50,113 bases of DNA, from positions 1 to 50,113 of IMG/VR virus record IMGVR_UViG_3300024999_000018; one strand, given 5' to 3'. The notes under the pieces were generated by a model that saw only the letters and a program-made list of their open reading frames with translations, was not told the origin of the DNA and ran no database searches. Below are positions 18,560 to 28,778 of the stretch, in pieces (position 1 is the stretch's first letter; every line of letters begins with the position of its first letter). Position numbers and translations under genes: made by a program. This DNA comes from a virus (Duplodnaviria; Caudoviricetes).

Positions 18560-20113
18560 CTACAGGAGGAATCCCATCTCTGCAGGCCCCATCATCGGGT
18601 CATCACTCAACGTGTCAAACTCATCCTCAGGCATCTCACCCTCTCCGTCTCCATCGATGGGATCGAAGTAGACTGCATGCTTCTCCATAATGAAGGTGAT
18701 GTAAGCAGTAGCATCCATCACGTCCCAGAGTTTACTCCGGGGAAAGCCCAAGAGTTGACCCTCAAGTTTGGCACAATTACTCTTGTTATGATACATATAA
18801 CCGAGTCTATAGTTAGGGGCCAAACTGGCAACCCTATCTTCCTTCTTTCCTTTTGCAGGGAGTTCCATCAGGAGGGGATGAATCCCTCGAACTCTACACT
18901 CATTCTCCACTGGCTGAATAATGAACTGATTAATACCAGTCACCTCATATCCAAGGATGAACGATGAGTACTGTCTAACTTGAAGAAACATCTGCTCATA
19001 CAATTCATCAGGGTAGAACTTCCCACTGACTGCATCCCTCACGAAGATTTTCTTACTAGTTCTGTCCACAGCCAAGGTGACTATGGCTGAGTCCGCACTC
19101 TGTAACTTAACAGTTTTGGCAGGATCTACTATAGTTATGTGAAGCATGTTGTACGTACGAATGGAATCTCCCACGGGCCTGCCAAACCTATCAATCGGCT
19201 GCAAATGATCCCCATTATCTTCAAAGTACTTGAAGTATTCCTGCTTGAAGACTGCATCCTCTTTGGCAATAGGAACGTTCATCCTCTCCATGTAGAATGC
19301 GTCAAGGGTCCCTAATCGGCGATGCTCCTCAACCTCCAACATGATCTCATCATCAGTCATGTAGTTAGTGTCGTAGGACTTATAGTTATCGTCACAGATG
19401 GAAAGTTGGACACTGGCCCACTCAGGTGACTCAATCAAATCCACTAGGAGAGAATCCTCATGCTTAATAGTGTCAATGTAAATGAAGATGCACCCCGCGG
19501 AGTATCGATCCTCAGTTTTCATCAGATCAGACCAGAACCATTCCTTTAACTTCTTCCTATTCTCTTCACTCTTGATTTCGTTCTTATCTTCGAGGTCATC
19601 AATAATGACTAACTCCGGACGATGATTGTTCCAGTTCAATCCACGAACCTGCTGGCCAGCGCCACGGGGGAGGATGAAGGTCTCTCCGAAGGCAGTCCAA
19701 CAACTCTTGGAAAAGGACTCATCAATGGAATCCCCTCCACTTATTGCATTCTTAATATTCCCAAAGAGCTTCCTCACCTGTTGATTGGCAATCAGATCCC
19801 TCTTCAAGTTCTCAGTCTGCATTTCGGCTGAAGTAGCACTATTGCTAAGGTATACTATGAACCTTTGCAGACGGAATAAGATACTCCGCATTACAATAGC
19901 CCTAGCAATAGAGGTCTTACCAATACCACGAGGGGCTGCAATAGCTATCTTCCTTGCCCCAGAGTTAATGAGATCAAAGATCTGCTGATGGAGGGTAGAG
20001 AAGGATGCATAGAATATATCTGGGAAGATGATCCCACAAGTATTCTTAATATCTAGGATACAGGAAGCAAGTATGGCATCCAATTCTTCCTGATTCATCG
20101 CGTCTAGGTTCAT
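18560..20113 (-). CDS. terL: Terminase large subunit
   Basis: Walker A APRGIGKT, Walker B VIIDDLE, nuclease motifs IVDPA and WDVMDA. Confidence 0.92.
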   Translation of the reverse strand: MNLDAMNQEELDAILASCILDIKNTCGIIFPDIFYASFSTLHQQIFDLINSGARKIAIAAPRGIGKTSIARAIVMRSILFRLQRFIVYLSNSATSAEMQTENLKRDLIANQQVRKLFGNIKNAISGGDSIDESFSKSCWTAFGETFILPRGAGQQVRGLNWNNHRPELVIIDDLEDKNEIKSEENRKKLKEWFWSDLMKTEDRYSAGCIFIYIDTIKHEDSLLVDLIESPEWASVQLSICDDNYKSYDTNYMTDDEIMLEVEEHRRLGTLDAFYMERMNVPIAKEDAVFKQEYFKYFEDNGDHLQPIDRFGRPVGDSIRTYNMLHITIVDPAKTVKLQSADSAIVTLAVDRTSKKIFVRDAVSGKFYPDELYEQMFLQVRQYSSFILGYEVTGINQFIIQPVENECRVRGIHPLLMELPAKGKKEDRVASLAPNYRLGYMYHNKSNCAKLEGQLLGFPRSKLWDVMDATAYITFIMEKHAVYFDPIDGDGEGEMPEDEFDTLSDDPMMGPAEMGFLL

Positions 20114-20124
20114 CTAATTCCTTT

Positions 20125-20153
20125 GTGCTATGTTACAATATGTAATATAGGAA
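20125..20153. repeat. 29-bp palindromic motif copy 5
   Basis: gtgctatgttaca-ata-tgtaatataggaa. Confidence 0.9.
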
Positions 20154-20225
20154 TACTTTATTACTATGCTCCCATCATTATATCAATCTACACTATCATA
20201 TCCAGAAACGCCCGCTCGTTGTCGG

Positions 20226-21311
20226 TCATCGCATATCTCCGAGCGGCACCGTGCCACGAGATTGAGGTCCACCTGGGATGGTGACAGCCTCTCCGTTTGA
20301 CGCCGCTCCAAAAGAATCAACAACAATCGCGTAAGCCGTTGCGCCTATAGCGAAACTCCCAGAATTAAGGGTCGCGGTAATCCCCGTATCGCTCCATTCA
20401 ACTGACGGCTGTATCTCACAATGAGTCCTATTTGCCCATGTTGCAACATCACATATTTCCACTCTAGCCCTCGAGGTGTCCATGTACACGTCATCCACAT
20501 AAACATCATAATCGAGCGTTCCCCCGGCAATTGATGCAACCCCTTGAACAATACTCACATACCTCCACTCGCTGTTCCCATCGTAATGTGTCGGAACTGT
20601 GGTTTGATTTACCATTGGAGTCGATCTCCCCACGCGATTCCAGTACATTATCCCGTCAGCCGCCAACCCAGTAGACGATCGCTGCATGTAATAATCTACC
20701 CGTTGCCACTCTCCCCACAACCAAGCGTCACTTGGATTTGCTGCGCTTGATAAGGAATCCATGGTTGATCCGTCCCATCCATATACCAAGGCCGCAGTGC
20801 TGTTGTACCACCGGGGCATGTCCTCCCAAAAGTGATTGAATAACACCCATGATGACTCGGCAGTGTAACATGAGTAGTAATCAGAGCACGATGTGGCATA
20901 GACCCCCTTGAGCTGGAAATCTGTAGCAGTGGTTCCAGTTTTGTCCATGTAGACCCACATAGACACAAAAATCTTATCACTACCCCCGGCTCCGATGTCT
21001 ACAACATTACGCTGGAATGATTCAGAGTCTGATGTGTTCCAATTGAATTCCAGTGATTTTGCCCCTCGATAGACATTTGATTCGACCGTGCCGAAACTGG
21101 CAATGTTGGTTGTTTGGTCAGATGGAATCTGCCCTATTGTCTCGCTGTCAAAATCATTATAGTAAGCCGGGGTGTTTGCTCTAGTCCCAAAATCAGCCCC
21201 GGTGATGGATATACTCGTTGGCCCTACCGATACCCCGGATACGCTCGGGGCAGAATCGGCCTGATTTCCTGTCAACAAAATCAGTGATATAACCAGCAAT
21301 AATCTGATCAT
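20226..21311 (-). CDS. Secreted beta-sandwich protein (lectin/lyase-like fold possible)
   Basis: Signal peptide MIRLLLVISLILLTGNQADS; W/Y-rich; YVDDVY motif. Confidence 0.6.
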   Translation of the reverse strand: MIRLLLVISLILLTGNQADSAPSVSGVSVGPTSISITGADFGTRANTPAYYNDFDSETIGQIPSDQTTNIASFGTVESNVYRGAKSLEFNWNTSDSESFQRNVVDIGAGGSDKIFVSMWVYMDKTGTTATDFQLKGVYATSCSDYYSCYTAESSWVLFNHFWEDMPRWYNSTAALVYGWDGSTMDSLSSAANPSDAWLWGEWQRVDYYMQRSSTGLAADGIMYWNRVGRSTPMVNQTTVPTHYDGNSEWRYVSIVQGVASIAGGTLDYDVYVDDVYMDTSRARVEICDVATWANRTHCEIQPSVEWSDTGITATLNSGSFAIGATAYAIVVDSFGAASNGEAVTIPGGPQSRGTVPLGDMR

Positions 21312-22048
21312 CGCTCGTCACCGTCGTAAGCTGCGAAATTGTCAAGCGTGATGTTCGATGGTGTCGGGAATCCCCAGTATGTTTCGGTCGCTCCAAAATC
21401 TATTCGCCCGTTACCCTTCGCGTCGTTTGCAAGGTTGAATGCAGTTGCTGCTTCACCCCACGCGCCAATTTTACATGCAGCCCCACCGGCAGAGGAATCC
21501 GCTTTAAGGTAAAGATACACATTGTATTCAGTGTCTGCTGCTATACCTGTCAGTGTGATATAACCGCTGTATGTAAAACTACCTACGTTATTTACTGCGG
21601 CAGTCCTGTAACGGTAAACATCACCACCAGCATCGGATGATAGTTCAATAAAAGAGACGAGCGCATCGCTATCATTAAGTATTTTGATCGGGATAAAAGT
21701 TTGTGTGGTTGTGTGAACGTCTAATACACTACCAAATTTTATGGTAAATTTAGCAGTAGTTTCAGATTTGTTTGTATGTGTTGTCTCCCTTATTGCTGCC
21801 GCAGTCGCAGAACTGCCTGTGTATAGCAATGTATATGATGATATAGAAAGCCTTCCAGAACCATCTCCCTCGAAATCCCAACTACTGCCGGTCAAAACAT
21901 TAGTGTTGTCGCCTCGGTCGAAACTGTCAGACGCGAATGGAGTCACGCCGCCCTGCACCTTCGCCATCGTCACACCGACACTATGCGACCCGGCAAACGA
22001 CAGACCAGGAAGCAGCGTCAATACCAAAACCAGTATGAGTTTTTTCAT
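21308..22048 (-). CDS. Secreted beta-rich protein
   Basis: Signal peptide MKKLILVLVLTLLPGLSFA from ATG 22048. Confidence 0.6.
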   Translation of the reverse strand: MKKLILVLVLTLLPGLSFAGSHSVGVTMAKVQGGVTPFASDSFDRGDNTNVLTGSSWDFEGDGSGRLSISSYTLLYTGSSATAAAIRETTHTNKSETTAKFTIKFGSVLDVHTTTQTFIPIKILNDSDALVSFIELSSDAGGDVYRYRTAAVNNVGSFTYSGYITLTGIAADTEYNVYLYLKADSSAGGAACKIGAWGEAATAFNLANDAKGNGRIDFGATETYWGFPTPSNITLDNFAAYDGDER

Positions 22049-22050
22049 AA

Positions 22051-22884
22051 TCAGTCCCAATCCCCCTCAATCTGCCATGAGCATTCATTCAAAGCGTCGT
22101 CCGGATCGGAAAGTGTCATGAAAACCTTTGTCCCTGCCGGGATGGTTGCATCGTCAATGCCAGAGGTAATGGTTGCCGTGCCGTTGACGGTCAGCACTGC
22201 TTCTATCGTGGTTGGAGTACCATAGCCTACCCCCGCCGCCTTGTGCTGAAAAGTCAAAGTCGTTTCCGTTGTCGGATCAGCATCGCAGGAGACTGATATC
22301 TCGGTAATGGTAAATGCTGCCGGAACATCGTTGATCAATGTTACAGCGTGATTTGTACCGTCTACCACGTAGATTGCTTGCGGGTCGAGCAAGGTGCCGT
22401 AGAAATCGGCCTCGGTGCCGCTGACGTATTTCGCCTTCACATCGCCGGAGTGCATCAGGTCATATTCCGTATCACTCTCAACAACCTTGATCTGTCCCCC
22501 CTCGTTGTAAAATTCCTCGCTACCGTCTGCGAGCGGGGCAATGCTGGTGTTGTTCGGGATGATCGACCTGCGGCTGCCATCTGGTGCGTTTGACGCCAGA
22601 ACCCCCGTAACCGGGTCAATCGTCCACCCGGAAGCCTTAAGCAGTTTGCCGGTTGTGCCATCATAGACCGGGATTGCGTTGTCGGTTGCGCTGACAGGGC
22701 CTACTACATTACCAAACGCAGAAAACGGAACGTTCTTAGTTGCCCAAGAAGCTTCGGAATCTGTAATCAATACCTTATCATTAGCGACAGGTGTAGCCTT
22801 CGTAGCATAACTAGACTGTTGAGCAGCATAGGCTCCTGAGGCCACCAGTAATAAAATTGCAGTAAGTGAGATACGTTTTAGCAT
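22051..22884 (-). CDS. Signal-peptide-bearing tail-fibre-like protein
   Basis: MLKRISLTAILLLVASGAYA, then fibre-type segments (ATPVANDKVLITDS, GPVSATDNAIPVYDGTTGKLLK). Confidence 0.55.
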   Translation of the reverse strand: MLKRISLTAILLLVASGAYAAQQSSYATKATPVANDKVLITDSEASWATKNVPFSAFGNVVGPVSATDNAIPVYDGTTGKLLKASGWTIDPVTGVLASNAPDGSRRSIIPNNTSIAPLADGSEEFYNEGGQIKVVESDTEYDLMHSGDVKAKYVSGTEADFYGTLLDPQAIYVVDGTNHAVTLINDVPAAFTITEISVSCDADPTTETTLTFQHKAAGVGYGTPTTIEAVLTVNGTATITSGIDDATIPAGTKVFMTLSDPDDALNECSWQIEGDWD

Positions 22885-22906
22885 AATAACCTCAAGAATA
22901 TAAAGG

Positions 22907-22935
22907 TTGCTATGTTACATATTGTAACATAGGAA
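22907..22935. repeat. 29-bp palindromic motif copy 6
   Basis: ttgctatgttaca-tat-tgtaacataggaa, near-perfect palindrome. Confidence 0.95.
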
Positions 22936-23265
22936 TTAAGGTGTAGGACAAATTTCCAGGAAAGAGATGGTAATCTTATTCCAGGGTATTCCTAAAGGCC
23001 ATCCAGCATCATAGAGAATAACGTAGAAAATATAGGTTCCAGGAGTTATATCAAGAGTTCCTAGATTAAGCCGAAGAACTCCACTTCCAATACTCCAGTC
23101 AAACATTGCTGATTGGGCAGGAACTGCTGAGGATATTGTAAGCCCACAGCCTTCACGAACTAAATCTACCTGAGTTATATTAGTTAAGTCTATAGGACCG
23201 TCAGGCCCTTTTATAGTAATATCTTTAGGATCATTTCTATCAAGATATACAGATATAGCTATCAT
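22936..23265 (-). CDS. Small Ig-like/BppU-like structural protein
   Basis: PIDLT...G.L.L...PGTY pattern. Confidence 0.45.
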   Translation of the reverse strand: MIAISVYLDRNDPKDITIKGPDGPIDLTNITQVDLVREGCGLTISSAVPAQSAMFDWSIGSGVLRLNLGTLDITPGTYIFYVILYDAGWPLGIPWNKITISFLEICPTP

Positions 23266-26147
23266 AAGAGCTCCAAAATCCTAATAGGTGTTACATTTAT
23301 AATATTCCTCTGAGAATCAACCGCATCGATGAGACGTAAAGAAGATGAGTTCACTAAATATCTCTGATTTACACCTGGAATTGGATTTGCAGAACCATTA
23401 TATGCAGTATAGCCACTGATAGTATAGGGCCCATCTCCTGCCATTAATGCTCTAATAAGGATTGCAAAAGCTTCAACTCCAGTGGAGTTATAATTTCCTA
23501 AGTCTGCACTAAAATCAGTAAATGTTCCAACAACTAATGAACCATCAACTCCAGTAATTCCTAATGCTGCATAAGCAGCTTCAACAGCCCTAGCTACAAT
23601 TACAGAAGCGGATGTTCCAGTTATCGCTATAGATTCATTACTACTATGTAAAGATCTAGCTATTGTTAAAGTTGTATTTTCACCACTAGTTACTACTTCT
23701 CCAGCTTCAGCAATTAGCGCAGTACCTGAGGCTAAAGTTGCACTCTGCCCTGATATACTAAAACTTTCAGGACTGGCAAGAACCGATCTATTAATTACAG
23801 CTGATTCTCCTGATATATATACGATACCAGGATTAGCATAGATAATTTTCTCACCAGTAATTAAATCAAAATCAACTGCATAGCCTTCAACTACATAACT
23901 TTCTGATAGAGCTTCTATAACATGAGATGTTATAATTGTAACAGCATAACCACTAAGTATAACTGTCCCATATGATGCATCAAGTACGCGTCCAGTACTA
24001 GTTATAGCACTAGATCCTACTAAAGTAGTGGTTCCAATCCCTAATGTAAGATTTCTATTTGCAATTACACTAGAAATACTTCCTGATATAGATAATACTC
24101 CTACATCTGGTAGAACTGTTCTTGTAGCAGTTATAGAAGAAATGAAACCTGAAACCTGAACAGCTCCAGAATCTACAGAAAAAACTCTAGATAAAGTCTC
24201 AGTTACACTTACGCCACTGGTAATAATTTCTCCGACTGTGGTAGTAAGTATCTTATCTACAGTCAGAGATGTACTCTGGCCAGAAATACTTAATGTACCG
24301 GAAGATACCTCCCAAGTTCTACTAAATGATACTTCCAGCCCATTTACTACTATGGTATCTGAATTAGCCTGAAGAATCTGTTCAGCAGCAGTTAAGTCGA
24401 ATTCAGTTGCATAACCAGTAATATCATATGCACCGTATAAGGCTTCTATAGCGTAAGTTGTTCTAGACGTTGCTACTTGGCCAGTAACTACTACTATTCC
24501 AGAGACTGCATTAAGATAATTTATCTGTCTACTTAAGGTGGCAATGATTCCTGAAAGACTATATGCAGTAGACTCTGTATAGAGTGTTCGAGTTGCTGTG
24601 GTACTAGCAGTCTTTCCTAAAATCTGTGTTGAGCCTACCTCAGCAATAGATGTAATAGTTTTAGTAAATGTTGCCGGTACTCCAGTAATTGCAATAGTTC
24701 CTGGTAAGGATACAATCTGTCTCGCAATTACACCTATACTATCTGCCCCAGTAATAGCTATTGATGCAGGTAATGCGAATACAGTAGCGTCTGTGAATAT
24801 TAGATTTCCAAGGGAATCTAATATAGGATCCCCTAAATCATCCCGGAGAATATTATCAAACTGAGGAAATCCTGTAACTAAGACTTCTCCAGAAGCAGAA
24901 ATTCCTCCAATAGATATCTCAATTGAAGCATCTAACCCAGAAAGTGTAATTACCCCTGAGTCAAGATTTCCCTTACGAACATTAGTAATTATTGCTGCAT
25001 ATCCAATGCCGCTAATTGCTCCTGGAGCTAGGGATAGATCTCTCTCTGTAACAATACTAACTGAAGACCGCTCAATTAGGACCTCTCCAGCCTCTAAATT
25101 AAATCCAGATACTACTTCAAATGATACTTCCAGCCCAGTAATTACAATACTACCTATCATTATAGGTAGAGTGTATGGGCCATCTGTTAATATCCAGTCT
25201 CCAGTACTATCCAGAATAGCAATGCCATCTGAATCATACAGAATATTGTCAGTAAGTACTGAAGATACATATGTTATTTCAGCATCTACTCCTACAACGA
25301 GGATCTCGCCAGGACTGGTAGAAATTCCCTTAAATCTATCAAACTCTACATCAGTACCAGTTATTTCTATAGACCCTAACTGGGCAATTAGAGGGCCGCC
25401 AGTAAGAATCTGCTCTCCAGTACTATCAGTAATATCCTCCCCAGTTGAGTCGGTAAGGATATTATCTACTTCTTCTGCAATTCCCAGCTCAAATGAAGCA
25501 TCAGTTCCAGTTACAGCATAGCCCTCAATTCCTGCCGAGAGATTTCCATTCTTGGCAAGTATTGAAGCAACACCATTAAGTGCAGTTGCTCCTGGGCTGC
25601 CAGTAACATTGGATAGTTTAATTACCACCCCGACTGCTCCTAAGATGACTTGAGTCGTAGACTCAGCATCCATTACAGGAGACTCGTAGTATACTACCAG
25701 ATAGACATGGTCTACAGAACGGGCATAACTACCAACATTAGAAGGTTTGAGTAATACACCAAAAGTCGAAGCATTGACCTCAGCAGCCGTTAAAGTATTA
25801 CCTAGCAGATCTGCTGATCCACCAACTGTAAATATCTGATCCGTATTGGCCGCTGTTGCAGAGAATGCAGATGCAGTCCCAACTCCTGCTGATCCATCCT
25901 TGGTGAGTTGGACAGTCAGTTCACGCCTACTAGTATTATTCCCCGACCCCTGGTACTCAGTGACAATCTCAATACCTAGTATTGTACTACTAACAGGGAT
26001 TGAGAACCCAAACCCAGTTGCTGCCATGACGGCAGTAGTCAGCGATGCTGTAGCTCTCAGATCATTAGAGCTATAGACATTGGAGACATTGCTCCAGCCA
26101 GTGACTATACTGGCTGAAGCTGATGGATTGCGGGTCGAAGAGGCCAT
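23262..26147 (-). CDS. Large repetitive fibre/spike-like protein
   Basis: 961 aa, S/T/G/I/V-rich beta repeats; three DNILxDxxGxxIxDSxGxxIxT repeats. Confidence 0.6.
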   Translation of the reverse strand: MASSTRNPSASASIVTGWSNVSNVYSSNDLRATASLTTAVMAATGFGFSIPVSSTILGIEIVTEYQGSGNNTSRRELTVQLTKDGSAGVGTASAFSATAANTDQIFTVGGSADLLGNTLTAAEVNASTFGVLLKPSNVGSYARSVDHVYLVVYYESPVMDAESTTQVILGAVGVVIKLSNVTGSPGATALNGVASILAKNGNLSAGIEGYAVTGTDASFELGIAEEVDNILTDSTGEDITDSTGEQILTGGPLIAQLGSIEITGTDVEFDRFKGISTSPGEILVVGVDAEITYVSSVLTDNILYDSDGIAILDSTGDWILTDGPYTLPIMIGSIVITGLEVSFEVVSGFNLEAGEVLIERSSVSIVTERDLSLAPGAISGIGYAAIITNVRKGNLDSGVITLSGLDASIEISIGGISASGEVLVTGFPQFDNILRDDLGDPILDSLGNLIFTDATVFALPASIAITGADSIGVIARQIVSLPGTIAITGVPATFTKTITSIAEVGSTQILGKTASTTATRTLYTESTAYSLSGIIATLSRQINYLNAVSGIVVVTGQVATSRTTYAIEALYGAYDITGYATEFDLTAAEQILQANSDTIVVNGLEVSFSRTWEVSSGTLSISGQSTSLTVDKILTTTVGEIITSGVSVTETLSRVFSVDSGAVQVSGFISSITATRTVLPDVGVLSISGSISSVIANRNLTLGIGTTTLVGSSAITSTGRVLDASYGTVILSGYAVTIITSHVIEALSESYVVEGYAVDFDLITGEKIIYANPGIVYISGESAVINRSVLASPESFSISGQSATLASGTALIAEAGEVVTSGENTTLTIARSLHSSNESIAITGTSASVIVARAVEAAYAALGITGVDGSLVVGTFTDFSADLGNYNSTGVEAFAILIRALMAGDGPYTISGYTAYNGSANPIPGVNQRYLVNSSSLRLIDAVDSQRNIINVTPIRILELL

Positions 26148-26150
26148 CTG

Positions 26151-26582
26151 TTACGCAATAGTCATGATCGTGCCAGGAGAGGCATTATTGAACTTGACGG
26201 TGAAAGTCTCAGTGTCGGCCAGAGTAATGGACGACCCGTAGTCCCACCAAGCAATGAGCGCATCAGTCGGAGAAGTTGCAGTATCGTTGTAGAGGACTGC
26301 ATACCTAAACGGGCCAATTCCACCAGAAGTGGCAGTAAATACTACCTGTGTCCCGGAGATGGTCATCGTACCACTAGCTTCAGACGTAGTAATCGTTGTA
26401 GCTGTGGGAGTATAACCATTTGCCGCTGCAGGGGCAGCATGGTTAGTTACTGCATCAAAAGATGTTTGAGTGTTGACTGGGGCAGTATTAGTCAAAGCAA
26501 CCTTGAAAGAGTGTGCTGAGAAGTCATGCTTCCCTTTGGCCAACTGCTCTGCAAAGTCTTGGAATTTGTTATAAGTTGCCAT
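26151..26582 (-). CDS. Small virion structural protein, paralogue of 8812-9234
   Basis: HDFSAHSFKVAL...IGPFRYAVLYNDT...LIAWWDYG. Confidence 0.65.
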   Translation of the reverse strand: MATYNKFQDFAEQLAKGKHDFSAHSFKVALTNTAPVNTQTSFDAVTNHAAPAAANGYTPTATTITTSEASGTMTISGTQVVFTATSGGIGPFRYAVLYNDTATSPTDALIAWWDYGSSITLADTETFTVKFNNASPGTIMTIA

Positions 26583-26601
26583 ATCTCACCTTAGTTGAAT
26601 T

Positions 26602-26630
26602 TTGCTTTGTTACAAAATGTAACATAGAAA
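26602..26630. repeat. 29-bp palindromic motif copy 7
   Basis: ttgctttgttaca-aaa-tgtaacatagaaa. Confidence 0.92.
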
Positions 26631-26636
26631 CAATGT

Positions 26637-26951
26637 TTATCTAACACCTCGATACTCAAGGGAGTAATGATTGCCGTCACTAAAGCGACCTCCCCAACTT
26701 CCTCCCAGAGATTCCCAATACTCACCTACCTCACGATGGGATTCAGTGGACTGAAGATACTTCTCCCCTTTGAACAAGTTAATATCTAATGCCAATCTCA
26801 GCTTATGGAGAGAGTTTGGTAGGCCATAAGGGGAGTCAGGGCTACGATAGGCATCACCTAAGGTGAATTCATAACCATTGTCGTGAATGAAGATGAAGAG
26901 TTGGGTTAGGAGGTGGGTGAACTCTTGTTGACGCTTGAGTAAAGGTGACAT
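26637..26951 (-). CDS. Endolysin, M15-family zinc peptidase
   Basis: SLHKLRLALD and WGGRFSDGNHYS motifs. Confidence 0.85.
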   Translation of the reverse strand: MSPLLKRQQEFTHLLTQLFIFIHDNGYEFTLGDAYRSPDSPYGLPNSLHKLRLALDINLFKGEKYLQSTESHREVGEYWESLGGSWGGRFSDGNHYSLEYRGVR

Positions 26952-26954
26952 CCC

Positions 26955-27311
26955 TCATCCCCCTGCTACTACTTTCTTAACTGCATCGGTGAACTTAGCC
27001 CAGTATCCGTAGATGGTGGTACCGGCCACACCAGTCAGAATGAGAACCAGGACAAATCTCCTAACCACCGTCCTATTATCATCCATCATAATGGTGAATT
27101 TCTTATGTGCATCCACCATGGCCTTGAGGTCCCCTGGTTGGATGGCAGCGAAGCGACAATTCATGTCAGTGTGCTGCTGCTTGTAGACTACTGCCTCGAC
27201 GATTGCGGTGATTGCCTCAAGATCTTCATTCGTTAGGTTGTAACGGCGTCTAGATCCTGCCCGATCACTATATCCCTGCCCAGCATACACTTCCATCTCC
27301 TCTGTCATCAC
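26955..27311 (-). CDS. Membrane protein, possible holin
   Basis: One C-terminal hydrophobic helix; adjacent to endolysin. Confidence 0.45.
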   Translation of the reverse strand: MMTEEMEVYAGQGYSDRAGSRRRYNLTNEDLEAITAIVEAVVYKQQHTDMNCRFAAIQPGDLKAMVDAHKKFTIMMDDNRTVVRRFVLVLILTGVAGTTIYGYWAKFTDAVKKVVAGG

Positions 27312-27316
27312 TTCTC

Positions 27317-27712
27317 CTAGGCTTCATACACCTTACGATTAAACCTCTTCGATCCTTTCTTAAGCATATGCAGCCTAATGACCAAGGTCACCTGACGTGC
27401 TACCCAGGGCCATAGCCCCTTCCTGATTACTGTATCATAGTAGAATTGGTCAGCCTTAGGCTGTTCCACATCTGGCAATCTCTCACTATTTATGAGGTCA
27501 CAGATGATGTCATGACCACAACTCGCCTCTATTGTTGAAGTGAAGTTAGGAAAGGGTCCAGAGTTCCCATCCCACGCATAACCTTGGTAGATCTCGAGTT
27601 TGCCAGAAGGATAGAGATGGAAGAACTTATCTGATATGTCGTAGCCGTAGATTGTTGTCTGGACAAAGAAGTCCTCAGCCACGACTCTATCATACCCAAT
27701 CCAGTATTTCAC
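27317..27712 (-). CDS. DUF1353-like protein
   Basis: GYAWDG...ASCGHD...KADQ motifs. Confidence 0.65.
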   Translation of the reverse strand: MKYWIGYDRVVAEDFFVQTTIYGYDISDKFFHLYPSGKLEIYQGYAWDGNSGPFPNFTSTIEASCGHDIICDLINSERLPDVEQPKADQFYYDTVIRKGLWPWVARQVTLVIRLHMLKKGSKRFNRKVYEA

Positions 27713-27894
27713 TTAGTACACACTTTGACACCTGTGGGGAGTTTCTTGAAGTGTTCGCAACCCTCTCCGGAACGACCATTAGAGTCAAAGGAGAAGCAAG
27801 GATTACTCATATCACAGTAGCGGTCCTTAACTTCATGAAGACCATTAGAGTCCTTGTCACTCATGTGTAGGCTGTCATCCGCTATGACTCTCAT
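27709..27894 (-). CDS. Small Cys-rich hypothetical protein
   Basis: ORF with RBS, coupled to the next gene. Confidence 0.45.
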   Translation of the reverse strand: MRVIADDSLHMSDKDSNGLHEVKDRYCDMSNPCFSFDSNGRSGEGCEHFKKLPTGVKVCTK

Positions 27895-28013
27895 GACCCT
27901 CTCCTAAGAATTAATCCTCACAGTCATCATTATCAGAGGGCCAGCCACAAACTGGGCAAAAGGGCCCTATGTACCTGTGACCACACATCTCACACACAAT
28001 GACCATCGCTGGA

Positions 28014-28778
28014 CTACTTATTGTAATAGAAAGTTGCAATCTTGGAGGAGTTACCATAAGGGGCATGAAGATAAACTCCACCATGATCAGTGCCAGTGTC
28101 AGCATCTCCTACACCATTCGGTCCGATACCAGGCTTAAATACAAATCCATCCTTCTCACGATAATTATGTGAGGTGTCTTTTACATAGACAGTATGACCG
28201 TTGGCGAAGACTACCTTGATGTTAGAACCAAAAGCTGGCCCCTTCTTATTGATTCGCCAAGCTTGGCGTCCTCCGTTACGAACACCATAAGATGTAAAGG
28301 ATTCCTTGGAGTTGTAATCTAAGGACTCACTCACACCTGGAGTAGGAACACTCACCTCGCCCGCATCTGTGACTGGATCCTCACTAAGAGGAGTGGGAGT
28401 AGGAGGTTTCACCTCTGGAGTAGTAGTTCCAGGGGCTGGAGTAGTAGGAAGATTCACTGGGACCGTGGACGCGGTGGGTGTCGAGGAGACTACTGAGTTA
28501 TCAGTGGTGGATGTAGCTGTGGGGAGGTACTTAGCAACAGAGTCCTTGATTCCCTCTAGAGCGGCCATCGCTCCTTGGGTAGCTGCACTACCAGAGGCAT
28601 CCTGAGTTGGGACCGTGGAATTGGTAAGTCCGGCGGCATCCGTCTTCATGGTCCCAGTCCCACCCTCGTTCACCTTCTGAGAGAACGCTATGTCGGTGAA
28701 ATTGATACTAGCCGAACACCCTCCGAAGAGAAAGGGCACTAATCCCACTGTCACCAGAGTAATAATTCGTAAATCCAT
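28014..28778 (-). CDS. Lipoprotein with Pro/Thr-rich linker
   Basis: Hydrophobic leader ending FGGC; GGAGG RBS. Confidence 0.65.
   Translation of the reverse strand: MDLRIITLVTVGLVPFLFGGCSASINFTDIAFSQKVNEGGTGTMKTDAAGLTNSTVPTQDASGSAATQGAMAALEGIKDSVAKYLPTATSTTDNSVVSSTPTASTVPVNLPTTPAPGTTTPEVKPPTPTPLSEDPVTDAGEVSVPTPGVSESLDYNSKESFTSYGVRNGGRQAWRINKKGPAFGSNIKVVFANGHTVYVKDTSHNYREKDGFVFKPGIGPNGVGDADTGTDHGGVYLHAPYGNSSKIATFYYNK

Noticed and set aside
22907-22935. Motif as a dif/XerCD or loxP-type site
   Set aside because: TATGTTA resembles the XerD arm but faces the wrong way relative to the spacer, and I recognised no tyrosine recombinase gene
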